A stretch of 64,000 nt of DNA from Alphaproteobacteria bacterium (GTDB taxonomy: Bacteria > Pseudomonadota > Alphaproteobacteria > UBA828). The position numbers were made by a program, and so were the translations under genes. The stretch spans positions 1-64,000 of the forward strand of contig CAXXVO010000009.1 of assembly GCA_963422645.2 (NCBI GenBank). The letters are read 5' to 3'. The notes beneath the pieces were generated by a model. The model was not told the DNA's origin and ran no database searches. It worked only from the letters and a program-made list of their open reading frames with translations. Below are positions 1-11,379 of the stretch, in pieces; the stretch's first letter is position 1; each line of letters starts with the position of its first letter.

Positions 1-591
<591 letters not shown>

Positions 592-1438
592 TCGAAAAGA
601 TTGACGCCCGGATTGTCGACCTGCTGCATCGAGTAGTTGATGTGTGCGCCCGAGCGCCAGTCGCCGGTAGTGGGCTTGGGCATGTAAGTAACGAAGAGGC
701 CCTGCTGCTTGGCGACCTCCTTCAGCAGCACACGCAGAAATACCAGCCGGTCGGCCATGCCCAGGAGATCGGTGTAGCCGAAATCGAGCTCGAACTGCGA
801 ATACGCACCCTCGCAGACCACGTCCTTCAAGCCCCAGCCGAGATCCTCGAGTATGTCGATGACCGCACCGAGGAAGCCCATGGAATCGACGGTGTACTCT
901 ATGTCGTAGCCGAACGCCTGACGCCTCGGGCGCACGCCTTCACCGGGTAGCGGATCGCTGTCGAACGCTTTGACCGGCCGCCCGTCATGCCACCGCATCA
1001 CGATGAACTCCGGCTCGATGCCCGCGTACCCTACAAACCCCTTCGCCGCGGCGTCCTGCATCGCGCGCCTCAGCGCCTGCCGTGGACACAGGTTGTAGGG
1101 TGCGTCTTCCCACCAGAGATCCGCAATCATCCAGGCGCAGGTCGGGTCCCATGGGCAGATGATCAGGGAGTCGAGGTCCGGCACCGGATCTGGTCGGAAT
1201 CGGCCGCCCCCAGCTCAGGCACAAAGGAGATCGAGTGCACGGCGAACTGCGGCCCCCTGCCCTTGCACAGGTTCTCGAAGTCGCTGATCGGCACCGGCTT
1301 GGTCTTGGGCAATCCGTGCAAGTCGATCCAACAGGAAAGCACATAGCGGACGCCCGCCTCGGCGAGCCTCGCTTGCTCCTCGCGGACGCGTTCAATGGGG
1401 GGGAACGTCTCGGCCATGCTCCAAGGTATCGCAGTCAT
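592..1438 (-). pseudogene. Glutamine synthetase-family protein (GlnT/gamma-glutamyl-amine ligase-like), frameshifted ~1183 and 3'-truncated by the IS3
   Basis: WIDLHGLPKTKPVP, GIEPEF, EGAYSQFE and YMPKP...SGAHINYS motifs across ORFs 1163..1438 and 516..1184. AAGGAGG RBS upstream. The reading frame runs into the IS end at 591. Confidence 0.85.
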
Positions 1439-1509
1439 CGAGTGTTTGCCTCCTTACGTGCCGATGTTTGGGATAACGAATTCGCACAAAGACTCGCACG
1501 AGAAGAAAG

Positions 1510-3008
1510 AGGCCTCTTGCAAAATAGCTGAGGGGAGCGGCTTTTTTTGCCTGATCGAGGCACTTGCGGTGGGACCGGCCCACCCTCCCCTGTATCATGT
1601 GCTGTCGCTAAACCACCACACGAGAGCCAAGGTGGAGTGGAGCCGTGTCCCTGCGCGAGATGCTATCTGATTATTGGTACGCCTTTCAACTGGAGTTGCT
1701 CCCGGGGCTGGAGAGCGAGCTCGGCCCGATGGGCGAGCGCTACGAGTTCTTCGTCACGGTTCTGGAGTTGGTTCGGGTAGAGGCTCAGCTGCCCTACTTC
1801 CACGGCCAGGTGGGACGGCCGCTGGAAGACCGCGCCGCATTGGCGCGTGCCTTCCTGGCCAAGGCGGTGTTCGACATGCCGACGACACGGGCGCTGATCG
1901 AGCGTCTGGAGGTTGACAGGCGGCTGTGCCGTCTTTGCGGCTGGAGCAGCGTTGGCCGGCTTCCGAGCGAGGCGACGTTTTCGCGTGCCTTTGCGGAGTT
2001 CGCCGAGAGCGGCCTGGCGGGCCGGCTGCATGAGGCGCTGATTGCGCGGACGATGCAGGACCATCTGGTGGAGCACATCTCGCGCGATGCGACGGCGGTC
2101 GAGGCGCGGGAGAAGCCTCAGCGCAAGCCGGGGAAGGCGAAGAAGCGGAGCAAGCGGGGGCGTCCACGCAAGGGAGAGGAGGGCGCGAAGGAGCCGAGCC
2201 GGCTGGAACGTCAACTGACGATGACACTGCCGCAGATGCTGGCGGACTTGCCCAGGGCCTGCGATGTCGGCACCAAGCGAAACGCCAAGGGCCACACCAT
2301 CTCCTGGATCGGCTACAAGCTGCACATCGACACGGCCGACGGCTGCATCCCCATCAGCTGCGTCATGACCTCGGCGTCGACGCATGACTCCCAGGCGGCC
2401 ATCCCGTTGGGCACCTTGACGGCCGGGCGGGTCGAGAACCTCTACGACCTTATGGACTCGGCCTATGATGCGATCGAGATCTGGGCCCACAGCATATCGC
2501 TGGGCCACAAGCCGATCATCGACGTCAATCCGCGCCGCTCGAGCGAAATGAAGGAGGCGTTGAAGCTGGAGAGGAAGGCGCGGCGGACGCTCGGTCTCGT
2601 CTTTCCCGAGGAGCATCGCTACGCCGGGCGCTCGACGGCAGAGCGGCTCAATGGGCGGCTCAAGGATGAGTTCGGCGGCCGCCACGTGCGCGTTCGCGGT
2701 CACGACAAGGTCTTCGCTCACCTGATGTTCGGCATCACCGCGCTGGCGGTCAGCCAACTCATGCGTCTGATCATCCCGCCAATCTAGTCCGGCTCATCTC
2801 CTTCGCCGACACGGCAGTTGGGCATCCTGAGAGATCGAGCGGACAACTGCGCCCGAAACTCGACGAAAACGCCGACTCGGCGGTCTTGCCTACGCAAATG
2901 CGCCCAGAGTCGCCGTCGAAAAATGGGAAATTGCTATGCGCCGCACCCGATGCTAACCAAGGAGTTCTTGCCCGTTCCGAATCCCTCAGCGATTTTGCAA
3001 TTGATACC
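1510..3008 (+). mobile_element. IS5/IS1182-like insertion sequence
   Basis: Inverted repeat TTGCAAAATAGCTGAGGG (1517-1534) / CCCTCAGCGATTTTGCAA (2983-3000), 17/18 match, around one transposase gene. Outer ends uncertain by a few bp; no TSD seen. Confidence 0.75.
1645..2787 (+). CDS. DDE transposase (DUF772 + DDE_Tnp_1-like; IS5/IS1182 type)
   Basis: PSEATFSR, ISRDATAV, WIGYKLH, LMDSAYD and RSTAERLNGRLKDEFG motifs. Confidence 0.85.
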   Translation: MSLREMLSDYWYAFQLELLPGLESELGPMGERYEFFVTVLELVRVEAQLPYFHGQVGRPLEDRAALARAFLAKAVFDMPTTRALIERLEVDRRLCRLCGWSSVGRLPSEATFSRAFAEFAESGLAGRLHEALIARTMQDHLVEHISRDATAVEAREKPQRKPGKAKKRSKRGRPRKGEEGAKEPSRLERQLTMTLPQMLADLPRACDVGTKRNAKGHTISWIGYKLHIDTADGCIPISCVMTSASTHDSQAAIPLGTLTAGRVENLYDLMDSAYDAIEIWAHSISLGHKPIIDVNPRRSSEMKEALKLERKARRTLGLVFPEEHRYAGRSTAERLNGRLKDEFGGRHVRVRGHDKVFAHLMFGITALAVSQLMRLIIPPI

Positions 3009-3026
3009 AATTGCACGGTCTCAACC

Positions 3027-5387
3027 ATGCCCAGTACCCTCCCAATGTGCCCTCCAGAGGCGGTCTCGATCGGCAACAGCTGCTTCGCCGTCCTGATCTC
3101 GGACGACACCTTCACCTACTTTTCCAACCTCATTCCCTTTGACAGCCACGCCGCCGATGACCGCACGGCCATGCTCTTGCGGATCGGCCGCCTCGCGGCG
3201 ATCAGCGCGGTCTCGCCGCAGGAACTGGCTGACGCTTTCGCTGTCTCGCGCGCGACGGTGCAGCGCGCACGACGGCGCTACCTGGCCGAGGGCGAAGCGG
3301 GGTTCATGAAGCCCCGGCGCGGTCGCGGGCCGTCGGTGTTCACTCCGGAGTTGGCGGAGAAGGCGACGGCGTTGCTGGCATCGGGCCTGAGCGGCTCTGC
3401 GGCGGCCCGGGTTCTCGGCGTGTCAGCGCCATCGGTCAACAAGTGGCGCCGTCAGGGACTGATCGGCAACACGGAGGCGGATGGGGAGCCCGGACGCTCA
3501 GCGCTGGCTGCGCCGCCTGACGCGGGTGCGGCTCCTGAAGGCCGTGTCGATGAAGAGAGTACCGGTGCCCCGGGGCCGGAGACGGCGCCGGGGCTGGAAG
3601 CGCAGCCGCAAACGGATCGCAGCGCGCGCGATCGGCGGGACCGGCAGGCGCCGATGGGGCGTGCGACTTGCGATGTTCCGGCTCGGGTTCTGGCCAGTTG
3701 TGGACAGGCGGGGCCGGTCGAACCGCAGTTCGCCGCCGCCGCCCGCGGTGTCCGCTTCGGCGGCGTGCTCGCCGCCCTGCCGGCCCTGCTGAAGGAAGGT
3801 CTTCTCTCCGAGACCGGTCTCCTGCCATTGCTGCCGAAGGGCTATTACGGCTTGCCTACGATCCTGCTCTTCCTGGCCTTCATGACCTTGGCGCGGGTGC
3901 GCAACCCCGAGAGCCTGCGCTACCAGGCGCCGGGCGAATGGGGCGCCATTCTCGGCCTCGATCGCTGCCCCGAGGTCAAGACGCTGCGCCGCAAGATCGC
4001 TCTCATCGCCGACGACGAGGCCGGCGTGCGGGCGTGGCAGCTCGCCCTTGCCAGGCGCTGGCAAGGCGCCGACGAGCCGGAGCTCTGGGCGACGCTGGCC
4101 ATCGACGGGCACGTCAAGGTCTACTCCGGCCGCAAGGGGCGCTTGCCCAAGCACTTCGTCTCGCGCGAGAAGCTGTGCCTGCCGGCGAGCGCCAGCTACT
4201 GGATCAACGCTCTGGGCGGCAAGCCGCTGCTCTGTCTGCACAAGCCGCTGGACCCGAAGATGGTCGCGGCCATCGAAGCCGACGTGGTGCCGGCGCTGCA
4301 GGAGCTTGGGATCGTTGGCGCCGGGGCGCCGGACCTGACCGCCGAGCATCCCGGCCAGCCGGCGCTCACCCTGGTCTTCGACCGCGAGGGCTGGAGCCCG
4401 GATCTGTTCCGCCGGCTGGCGAGGCGCGGCGTCGCCTGCCTGACCTGGCACAAGAACTTCAGGGGCGAGGACTGGCCGGCCGAGGACTTCGGCGCGATGA
4501 CCGTTCCCATTCACGGACCGGCGGCGGACGGCAGCGCCACCATGCGGCTGGCTGAGAAGCCGGTGACGTTGCCGAACGGCTTCAGGGTGCGCCAGATCCG
4601 CCGCCTGCTCGACAACGGCCGTCAGGTGCCGCTGATCACCACCGATCCGCACAAGCCGATGGCTGAGGTTGCGGGCGCCATGTTCTCGCGCTGGTCGCAG
4701 GAGAACTTCTTCAAGTACATGCGTGACGAGTTCAATCTCGACGCCCTGCCGACCCACGAGCTCGAGCCTCTCGATCCCGCCGCCATGGTCGTCAACCCGC
4801 TGCGGCGGGCCTATGACAAGGCAATCCATCGCCTCGACCGCCAGCTTGGCCGCCTGCGCAACCGCATCGCCGACACGGCCCGGAAGAAGCAGCCGACGGC
4901 GGAACTCAGGAGGGAAGTCAGGGACCTCCAGGATGTCCGCGACATCGTCAGGGCCAGCCGCAGGGAGACGCCCAAGCACTGCCGGGCCGGCGACCTCGAC
5001 GAAGCCGAGCAGCTCGATGCCTTGCCCGCGCGCGAGCGCCTCCTCCTCGACGTCATCCGGATGATCGCCTACCGCGCCGAAACCCGCATGATGCTTCCCG
5101 TCATGCAGGCGCAGGGCCACAAGCCCCATCCCCGGAAACTGCTTCAAGCGCTGCTCACCGCCGATGCCGACATCCTGCCGGATCCTGGCAATGGCCTCCT
5201 GCGGGTCCACATTCTTGGCCTCGCAAACGACGCCTGCGACCGTTGGATCGATGCGGTTCTGAGCGACCTGAACGCCACCGAAACGGTCTTCCCCGGCACC
5301 CGTCTGCGCATAGTCTACGACATCGACGGGGCCTCGGAATCCGCGCGGCTCGTGTCACCTAAAATCAGCAGAGGTCAGGAAGTCTGA
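3027..5387 (+). CDS. Large transposase-like protein with N-terminal HTH domains
   Basis: Two HTH-like segments (ELADAFAVSRATVQRARRRY; SAAARVLGVSAPSVNKW), acidic motifs IDGHVKVY, VFDREG and RWSQENFFKYM. Start set at ATG 3027, just outside the upstream IS end (the track start 2886 lies inside that IS). Confidence 0.7.
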   Translation: MPSTLPMCPPEAVSIGNSCFAVLISDDTFTYFSNLIPFDSHAADDRTAMLLRIGRLAAISAVSPQELADAFAVSRATVQRARRRYLAEGEAGFMKPRRGRGPSVFTPELAEKATALLASGLSGSAAARVLGVSAPSVNKWRRQGLIGNTEADGEPGRSALAAPPDAGAAPEGRVDEESTGAPGPETAPGLEAQPQTDRSARDRRDRQAPMGRATCDVPARVLASCGQAGPVEPQFAAAARGVRFGGVLAALPALLKEGLLSETGLLPLLPKGYYGLPTILLFLAFMTLARVRNPESLRYQAPGEWGAILGLDRCPEVKTLRRKIALIADDEAGVRAWQLALARRWQGADEPELWATLAIDGHVKVYSGRKGRLPKHFVSREKLCLPASASYWINALGGKPLLCLHKPLDPKMVAAIEADVVPALQELGIVGAGAPDLTAEHPGQPALTLVFDREGWSPDLFRRLARRGVACLTWHKNFRGEDWPAEDFGAMTVPIHGPAADGSATMRLAEKPVTLPNGFRVRQIRRLLDNGRQVPLITTDPHKPMAEVAGAMFSRWSQENFFKYMRDEFNLDALPTHELEPLDPAAMVVNPLRRAYDKAIHRLDRQLGRLRNRIADTARKKQPTAELRREVRDLQDVRDIVRASRRETPKHCRAGDLDEAEQLDALPARERLLLDVIRMIAYRAETRMMLPVMQAQGHKPHPRKLLQALLTADADILPDPGNGLLRVHILGLANDACDRWIDAVLSDLNATETVFPGTRLRIVYDIDGASESARLVSPKISRGQEV

Positions 5388-5426
5388 AGCTAGGCGGCTT
5401 GGTGCGTCAATTGACATAACACCAAA

Positions 5427-5451
5427 GAAAAAGGGGGCCGCGCGGCCCCCT
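5427..5451 (-). terminator. Rho-independent terminator of the ABC-hydantoinase operon
   Basis: AGGGGGCCG/CGGCCCCCT inverted repeat followed by a T tract on the minus strand, ~35 bp after the 5485 stop. Confidence 0.75.
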
Positions 5452-5484
5452 CGATCCGTCTAAAGTCCGTGTGACGCGGGCGCC

Positions 5485-7410
5485 CTACTCCGCCGCGGCA
5501 CCGGCCTCGGCGGCCTTGGCTTCGCGCTCCTGCAGGAAGCGCAGCACGCGCCGGTTGAACTCCGGCGGCTTGGGCGGCGCGAGCTCGGTCTCTTCCAGGC
5601 AGCGCGCGCGCAGCTCCTCCACGGTGCCGCCGCGATCGAAGAGCTTCACTTCGCCCCGCGCGTCGCGGAGCTTGTCGCGCAAGGCCGTGGTCGCCTCTTC
5701 GTCGACCATCAGATCGTCCCGCAGCACCACGCCGTAGCGCTCGGCACCGGCGCGCGTGACCAGCCCGCGCTCGACCTCCAGCGCCACCAGGGCCGGATCG
5801 CGCTCCAGGGGATCGCCCCAGCCGCCGCCGCCCCAGGTCTTGAAGAGGAGCAGATCGCCGGCCTCGACCTTCACGTGGTCGCACTTGGAGGGCAGCACCT
5901 CGAAGGAGCCGTCGGCGCGGTGGATTTCCTTCCGGCTGCGCCCGCCCGGCAGGCCGCCGTTGACGCCCCACGGATAGGTGAGCCAGCGGTCGTCGTGCAG
6001 CGACATCTCGCCGGGCTCCAGCGCGCGGTAGCCGATGGTGACGCCGTTGCCGCCGCGATGGAGGCCGGGTCCCCCTGAATCCGCGATGGTCTCGTAGACC
6101 TCGATGCGGAGCGGGAAGTACGCCTCCAGGAACTCGTTGGGGACGTTGGTGAACGAGGGCCAGAGCGAGTGCCCGTCGGGGCCGTCGCCCGCCGGCCGGC
6201 CGGGGATGCCGCCGAAGCCGATCTGGTAGAGCTGGTACCACTCGCCTTCGCTGGAATAGCCCGAATACATGAAGTGCGGGCTGTCGGAGAAGCCGGCCGC
6301 CACCATGAGGTTGGGCGCGCGCTGGCCGAGCAGGCCGCCGAGCACGTCGAAGATCCGGCCCAATGCGTGGGTGCGGGAAGAGAGCGCCGCCGGCTTCAGC
6401 GGCTTGAGCAGGGTCCCCGGTGGAATCTTCACATCCACGTGGTCGTAGAAGCCGTCGTTGAACATGATCTGCGGATCGAAGACGTTGATCATGTAAACGC
6501 CGACGAACATCTTGAACATTTCTTCGTTGAGGAAGAAGTTGATCGAGCTTTCCGACTGCGGATCGGTGCCCTCGAAGTCGAACACCAGCACGTCGCCGTC
6601 GCGCCACATCTTGCAGGCCATCGTGTAGGGGCCCATGCCGAGGCCGTCGTCGCAGATGTAGTCCTCGAAGTAGAGGGTCTCGTCCTCGCCGACGGTGTTG
6701 CGGATCAGGTGCAGCATGGCGCGGCGGTTGCGCTCCAGCAGCTCGCCCATCGCGGCGATCACGGTATCGACGCCAAAGCGATCGCAGAGCTCGTGAATGC
6801 GCTTCTCGGCGAGGCGCACGGCGGCGATCAGCGCGTTGAAGTCGCTCCGGTTCCACTGCGGCATCCTGCACTGATGCAGGATCACCTTGAGCACGTCGTC
6901 CTGCAGCTCGTCGTTCTTGTAGATCTTGACGACCGGGATGACGACGCCTTCCTCGTAGATCTGGTTGGCGTCGGTGGGCAGGCTCCCCGGCACCTTGCCG
7001 CCGACATCGGTCATGTGACCGAACATCGAGGCATAGGCGATGAGGCGGCCGTCGCGATACACCGGCCTCAGGATCAGCCAGTCAGGCGCATGGCTGATCG
7101 CGCCGGCGCAGCTGTAGGGATCCGAGGTGAGGAAGATGTCCCCCTCCTCGATGGTTCCGTCGTACTCGCGCTTGAAGCCGTGGATGAATGAGCCGAACTG
7201 GCCGACGACCATCTTGCCGTCGGGGTTCGCGATCATCGGGAACTCGTCGTGCTGCTCGCGGATTCCCGGAGACATGGCGGTGCGATAGAGCACGGCATCC
7301 ATCTCGTAGCGGGCGCTGCGCAGCGCGCTCTCGATGATGTCGAGAGTGATCGGGTCCATGTCGACCGGCTCGAAGGGCGCGTCGTTGGTCTGGACGATGG
7401 TGACTGGCAT
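5485..7410 (-). CDS. Hydantoinase B/oxoprolinase family subunit (N-methylhydantoinase B-like)
   Basis: DPITLDII, SPGIREQHD, FGHMTDVGGKVPGS, TWGGGGWGDPLERDP. GGGGAG RBS before ATG 7410. Confidence 0.9.
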   Translation of the reverse strand: MPVTIVQTNDAPFEPVDMDPITLDIIESALRSARYEMDAVLYRTAMSPGIREQHDEFPMIANPDGKMVVGQFGSFIHGFKREYDGTIEEGDIFLTSDPYSCAGAISHAPDWLILRPVYRDGRLIAYASMFGHMTDVGGKVPGSLPTDANQIYEEGVVIPVVKIYKNDELQDDVLKVILHQCRMPQWNRSDFNALIAAVRLAEKRIHELCDRFGVDTVIAAMGELLERNRRAMLHLIRNTVGEDETLYFEDYICDDGLGMGPYTMACKMWRDGDVLVFDFEGTDPQSESSINFFLNEEMFKMFVGVYMINVFDPQIMFNDGFYDHVDVKIPPGTLLKPLKPAALSSRTHALGRIFDVLGGLLGQRAPNLMVAAGFSDSPHFMYSGYSSEGEWYQLYQIGFGGIPGRPAGDGPDGHSLWPSFTNVPNEFLEAYFPLRIEVYETIADSGGPGLHRGGNGVTIGYRALEPGEMSLHDDRWLTYPWGVNGGLPGGRSRKEIHRADGSFEVLPSKCDHVKVEAGDLLLFKTWGGGGWGDPLERDPALVALEVERGLVTRAGAERYGVVLRDDLMVDEEATTALRDKLRDARGEVKLFDRGGTVEELRARCLEETELAPPKPPEFNRRVLRFLQEREAKAAEAGAAAE

Positions 7411-7426
7411 GTAGCTTCTCCCCGCC

Positions 7427-9481
7427 TCAGTGGCCGATCGGGTTGATGATGATGTTTCCGTAGCCGTCGACAACGCCGACATGGCCCGGCAGGACCAGCG
7501 TGGTCGAATCCATCTCGGTCACGATCGCCGGCCCCTCGATCCGGTTGCCGGCCTTGAGCTTCGCCCGATCGTAGATGGCGGCCTCCTGGTCGCGATTGTC
7601 GACGTAAACCGTGCCGCTCGCAACCTTGGCCGCTGATGGATCGGCCCCACCCTCGGCCACGTGAGCGGCTTCAACGAAGGTCTCGGCGCCCCGCATGATC
7701 GCGCGCAGTGTCACGATCTCATGCTCGGCGTCGAGGGCGAAGGTGAAGAGCTGGGTGTGCTCGTCGTCGAACTGCTTGGCCAGTGAGGCGAGGCCGTCTC
7801 GCTCGAACTGCTCGGCCGTGAAGCTCACAGGCAACTGCAGACCCTGGCCGTGATAGCGGAGGTCCACCTCGTAATGCACCGACTGGTCTTCGCGCGCGAT
7901 GCCCTCGGCATCGAGCTCCTGGCGGGCGCGCGCCTCGAGGTCGTCGAGGATGCTGCGAACCTCGGCGTCCGATGTCTCGGAGAAGCGCCGCACGAAGCTC
8001 ATGGACGCCTCGTCGGTCACCCGCGTCGTGGCATCGCCGTAGGCGCAGAGCACGCCGGGCGAGGGCGGGATGATGACTGGCCACGAGTTCATCAGCTTGG
8101 CGAGCGCGTTGGCGTGCAGCGGCCCGGCTCCGCCGAAGGCGATCAGCGCGAAGTCGCGCGGATCGAAGCCCTGCTGCACCGAGACCAGCCGGAGCGCGCC
8201 GAACATGTTCTCGTTGACGATGTCGATGATGCCGGCGGCGGCCCGCTTGAGATCGAGGTCGAGCGCCGTGGCGACCGTCTGCACCGCAGTGACCGCCGCT
8301 TCGACATCCAGCTTCATTTCGCCGCCGATCAACTCGCTCGGCAGGTAGCCGAGCACCACATTGGCATCGGTGACGGTCGGCTGGTCGCCGCCCATCCCGT
8401 AGGCCGCCGGTCCGGGATCGGCACCCGCGCTCTGCGGCCCGACGCGGAGCGCGCGGGTGATCTCGGGCACGTGGGCGATGGAGCCGCCGCCCGCGCCCAC
8501 GGTGCGGACGTCGAGGGAGGGCGCGCGCACGGTGACATCGCCCACGGTGGTCTCGCGCCGCTTGCGCGGCACGCCGTCGAGGATCAGCGCGACATCGGTG
8601 GACGTGCCGCCCATGTCGAGTGTGAGAAGGTTCTGGTAGCCGGCCTGCTTGGCGATCCAGAGCGCGCCGGCAACGCCGCCGGCAGGTCCGCTCATCAGCA
8701 CGTTCACCGGCGAGTTGCGGCTGGCCTCGACCGAGGCCAGCCCGCCATCCGAGCGCAGGATGTGAAGGTGGGCGTCGATCTTGCGCTGCTTCAGCTCCTG
8801 CTCGAGGTTGCGGACGTAGACTTGGACCACCGGCGCCACATAGGAGTTGGCGACCGTGGTGATCGCGCGCTCGTACTCGTACATCTCCGGCAAGACCTCG
8901 GAGGAGATCGAGACCGGCAGGCCCGGCATCACCTCGTGGGCGATCTCGCGAATCTGCTCTTCGTGTTTGCCGCCAGCATAGGCGTTCATCAGGCAGACGG
9001 TCAGCGCCTCGATCCCCTTCGTCTTGAGGCCGGTGAGCTTCTCGCGCAGATCGTCCTCGTTCAGCTCTCGGACCACGTCGCCGCGGGCACCGGTGCGCTC
9101 TTTCGCCTCGACGGTCAGCTCCAGCGGTGCCAGTGGCTCGGGCTTGGGCCAGATGATCCAGCCGGCCAGGATGCCGGGCACGAAGGAGCGGGCGATTTGC
9201 AGCATCTGCCCGTACCCTTCCGTGGTCACGATACCGACGCGGGCGCCCTTCCCTTCCAGGATGGTGTTGGTCGCAACCGTGGTGCCGTGCATCACGTGGG
9301 TGATCGAGGCCGGCTCGACGCCCGCGTTATTGCACACCCGCTCGATGCCGTTGAGCACGCCGATCGAGGAATCCTGCGGGGTCGAGGGAACTTTTGCGCG
9401 GTAGGTGCCGCCGCTCGATTCATCGATCAGCAGGAGATCGGTGAACGTCCCGCCGACGTCCACCCCCAAACGAAATGCCAT
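7427..9481 (-). CDS. Hydantoinase A/oxoprolinase family subunit (N-methylhydantoinase A-like)
   Basis: [49 protein letters not shown]. Confidence 0.92.
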   Translation of the reverse strand: MAFRLGVDVGGTFTDLLLIDESSGGTYRAKVPSTPQDSSIGVLNGIERVCNNAGVEPASITHVMHGTTVATNTILEGKGARVGIVTTEGYGQMLQIARSFVPGILAGWIIWPKPEPLAPLELTVEAKERTGARGDVVRELNEDDLREKLTGLKTKGIEALTVCLMNAYAGGKHEEQIREIAHEVMPGLPVSISSEVLPEMYEYERAITTVANSYVAPVVQVYVRNLEQELKQRKIDAHLHILRSDGGLASVEASRNSPVNVLMSGPAGGVAGALWIAKQAGYQNLLTLDMGGTSTDVALILDGVPRKRRETTVGDVTVRAPSLDVRTVGAGGGSIAHVPEITRALRVGPQSAGADPGPAAYGMGGDQPTVTDANVVLGYLPSELIGGEMKLDVEAAVTAVQTVATALDLDLKRAAAGIIDIVNENMFGALRLVSVQQGFDPRDFALIAFGGAGPLHANALAKLMNSWPVIIPPSPGVLCAYGDATTRVTDEASMSFVRRFSETSDAEVRSILDDLEARARQELDAEGIAREDQSVHYEVDLRYHGQGLQLPVSFTAEQFERDGLASLAKQFDDEHTQLFTFALDAEHEIVTLRAIMRGAETFVEAAHVAEGGADPSAAKVASGTVYVDNRDQEAAIYDRAKLKAGNRIEGPAIVTEMDSTTLVLPGHVGVVDGYGNIIINPIGH

Positions 9482-9593
9482 GCTTCCTCCTTCCGATCAC
9501 CGGGGTCGGGTCCGGTCGCAGCCGGGCGAACGCCGCAGCCGCCGGCATCCGATTCGCCCCGGAGCCCGCGTCTGTCCGCGATGGCCGCCCGGT

Positions 9594-10457
9594 CTAGCCG
9601 TCCGATGCCTTCCCGGTTCTCTTTGCGATGTTGAATCCGGCGCCGGTGCGCCGTTTCTGGATGATGTAGACAGCCAAGAAGCTTATGAAAATCACCACGA
9701 GCGAGAACACCGTCGTTATCGTCCCAATGGCGTAGATCGCGGGCGTCGCCGCCAGTGTGAGCGTGTTCACGAGCTCGACCGGGAGCGTGTTGAACTCGCC
9801 CGCCACGGCAGAAGTGCGCGGGAACTCGTCATAAGACAGTGTGAACCCGAAGAGCGCAACGCCGATCAGCCCCGGCAACGTGATCGGTATGATCACATTA
9901 CGGAGCGTTTGCCATTGGGTTGCGCCCTGGTCCTTGGCTGCCTCCTCGAGCCTCGGGTCGAGCCGGCTGAAGACCGCCAGCATGATCAGAACGCCGAAGG
10001 GCAGCGTCCAGCTCAGATGAGCGCCGAGGGCGCCGGACCACCACTGGCTGGTCATGCCCAGGTTGGAGAAGCCGAGCCCGATGCCCAGGCTGATGAGGAT
10101 GGACGGGCAGATCAGGCTAGCAACGACCAGGTAGAAGACCACGATATTTCCGGTGAAGTTCTTGCGGAACGCCAGCCCGGCAAGGAAGGAGATGCCCATG
10201 GTGAGGAACATCACGATCAGGCCCAGGATCAGCGAACGGCCGAAGGGCCAGCGGAAGTCCCCGATATAGGTCGGATCGATTACCTCCTTGAACCAGAAGA
10301 GCGAGAACCCCTGCATCGGGAAGGAGAGCGAGGCGCCGTCGCCCTGAAACGATAGAACCACAATGATGATGATCGGCCCGTACAGGAAGAGCAGGTAGAG
10401 GTAGAAGACCGCTGCTCGCGGCCAATAGCCCGGCGCTCGTCTGGATTCCATTGCCAT
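9594..10457 (-). CDS. ABC transporter permease (PotC-like)
   Basis: Hydrophobic helices, EAA motif LEEAAKDQGA, LSYDEF. Confidence 0.88.
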   Translation of the reverse strand: MAMESRRAPGYWPRAAVFYLYLLFLYGPIIIIVVLSFQGDGASLSFPMQGFSLFWFKEVIDPTYIGDFRWPFGRSLILGLIVMFLTMGISFLAGLAFRKNFTGNIVVFYLVVASLICPSILISLGIGLGFSNLGMTSQWWSGALGAHLSWTLPFGVLIMLAVFSRLDPRLEEAAKDQGATQWQTLRNVIIPITLPGLIGVALFGFTLSYDEFPRTSAVAGEFNTLPVELVNTLTLAATPAIYAIGTITTVFSLVVIFISFLAVYIIQKRRTGAGFNIAKRTGKASDG

Positions 10458-10459
10458 GG

Positions 10460-11329
10460 CTAGAGCTGCTTCCGTACGTCGACCAGGCGCATGATGATGC
10501 CGACGATAATCAAGACCGCCAGCAGCAGGATGATGGCCGAGGCGGACGCCGGCGGATACTGAACATTGTAGATTTGGTTGCTCATCGAGGCCATGACCGT
10601 GCCCACCCGCGCGCCGCTGAGGATGCGGATCGCCGTGAAATCGCTCGCCACGAGCGCGATGACGAAGATCGCGCCGATGGCAAGGCCCGGCTTGCAAAGC
10701 GGAATGATCACATGGATGAGGATCTGGAGCCCCGAGGCGCCGTTATCCCTTGCCGCCTCGATCAGATCGCGATTGATACGCGCCATGACGTTGAAGAGCG
10801 GCGCCATCATGAAGAGCGTAAATATCTGTATGTAAGACAGAAAGACGGCAAATTCCGAGAACAGGAGAAACTGAAGCGGCGTGTCCGATATGCCGACGGC
10901 CATGATCGCCTGGTTGATGATGCCCTCCTTACCCAGGAAGGGCAGCCAGGCCACCATGCGGATGACGCCGGAGGTCCAGAAGGGCACGACGCAGAGCAGG
11001 AAGAGGAGCAGCTTCGTTCTCAGCAGAATAAGGTCGAAAACAAGAAAATAGGCGAGCGTAAAGCCGAGAGCCGTCGTGATAGCCAGCGTAATCGCCAGCA
11101 TCTTCAGCGTCTGCAAATAGTTGTCCAGAGTCAGGTTCTTGGAGAATAATTTAATGTAGTTGGAGAATCTCCAATCTCCCTCCACCATCATGAAGCCGTT
11201 GAAATGCCACAGGCTGATGATCAGGATCACGATCATCGGCCCGATCAGGAAAAACAGCAGCGTGATCAGCAGCGGCGAAATTTGCAGCGCCGTCGCGTAG
11301 CGACCGAAGAACGCGTTTGCCGCTGACAT
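10460..11329 (-). CDS. ABC transporter permease (PotB-like)
   Basis: VPFWTSGVIR and EAA motif LIEAARDNGA. Confidence 0.88.
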   Translation of the reverse strand: MSAANAFFGRYATALQISPLLITLLFFLIGPMIVILIISLWHFNGFMMVEGDWRFSNYIKLFSKNLTLDNYLQTLKMLAITLAITTALGFTLAYFLVFDLILLRTKLLLFLLCVVPFWTSGVIRMVAWLPFLGKEGIINQAIMAVGISDTPLQFLLFSEFAVFLSYIQIFTLFMMAPLFNVMARINRDLIEAARDNGASGLQILIHVIIPLCKPGLAIGAIFVIALVASDFTAIRILSGARVGTVMASMSNQIYNVQYPPASASAIILLLAVLIIVGIIMRLVDVRKQL

Positions 11330-11379
11330 CAGCAGTGACTCTTCGACAATTCAAGCCTACGGGAATCGGAAAAAGAAGC

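Noticed and set aside
592-1438. Housekeeping glnA
   Set aside because: The sequence and context fit an accessory GS-like ligase, and the gene is truncated.
2886-3026. N-terminal extension of the 833-aa ORF
   Set aside because: It lies mostly inside the upstream IS and its inverted repeat; ATG 3027 is the more plausible start.
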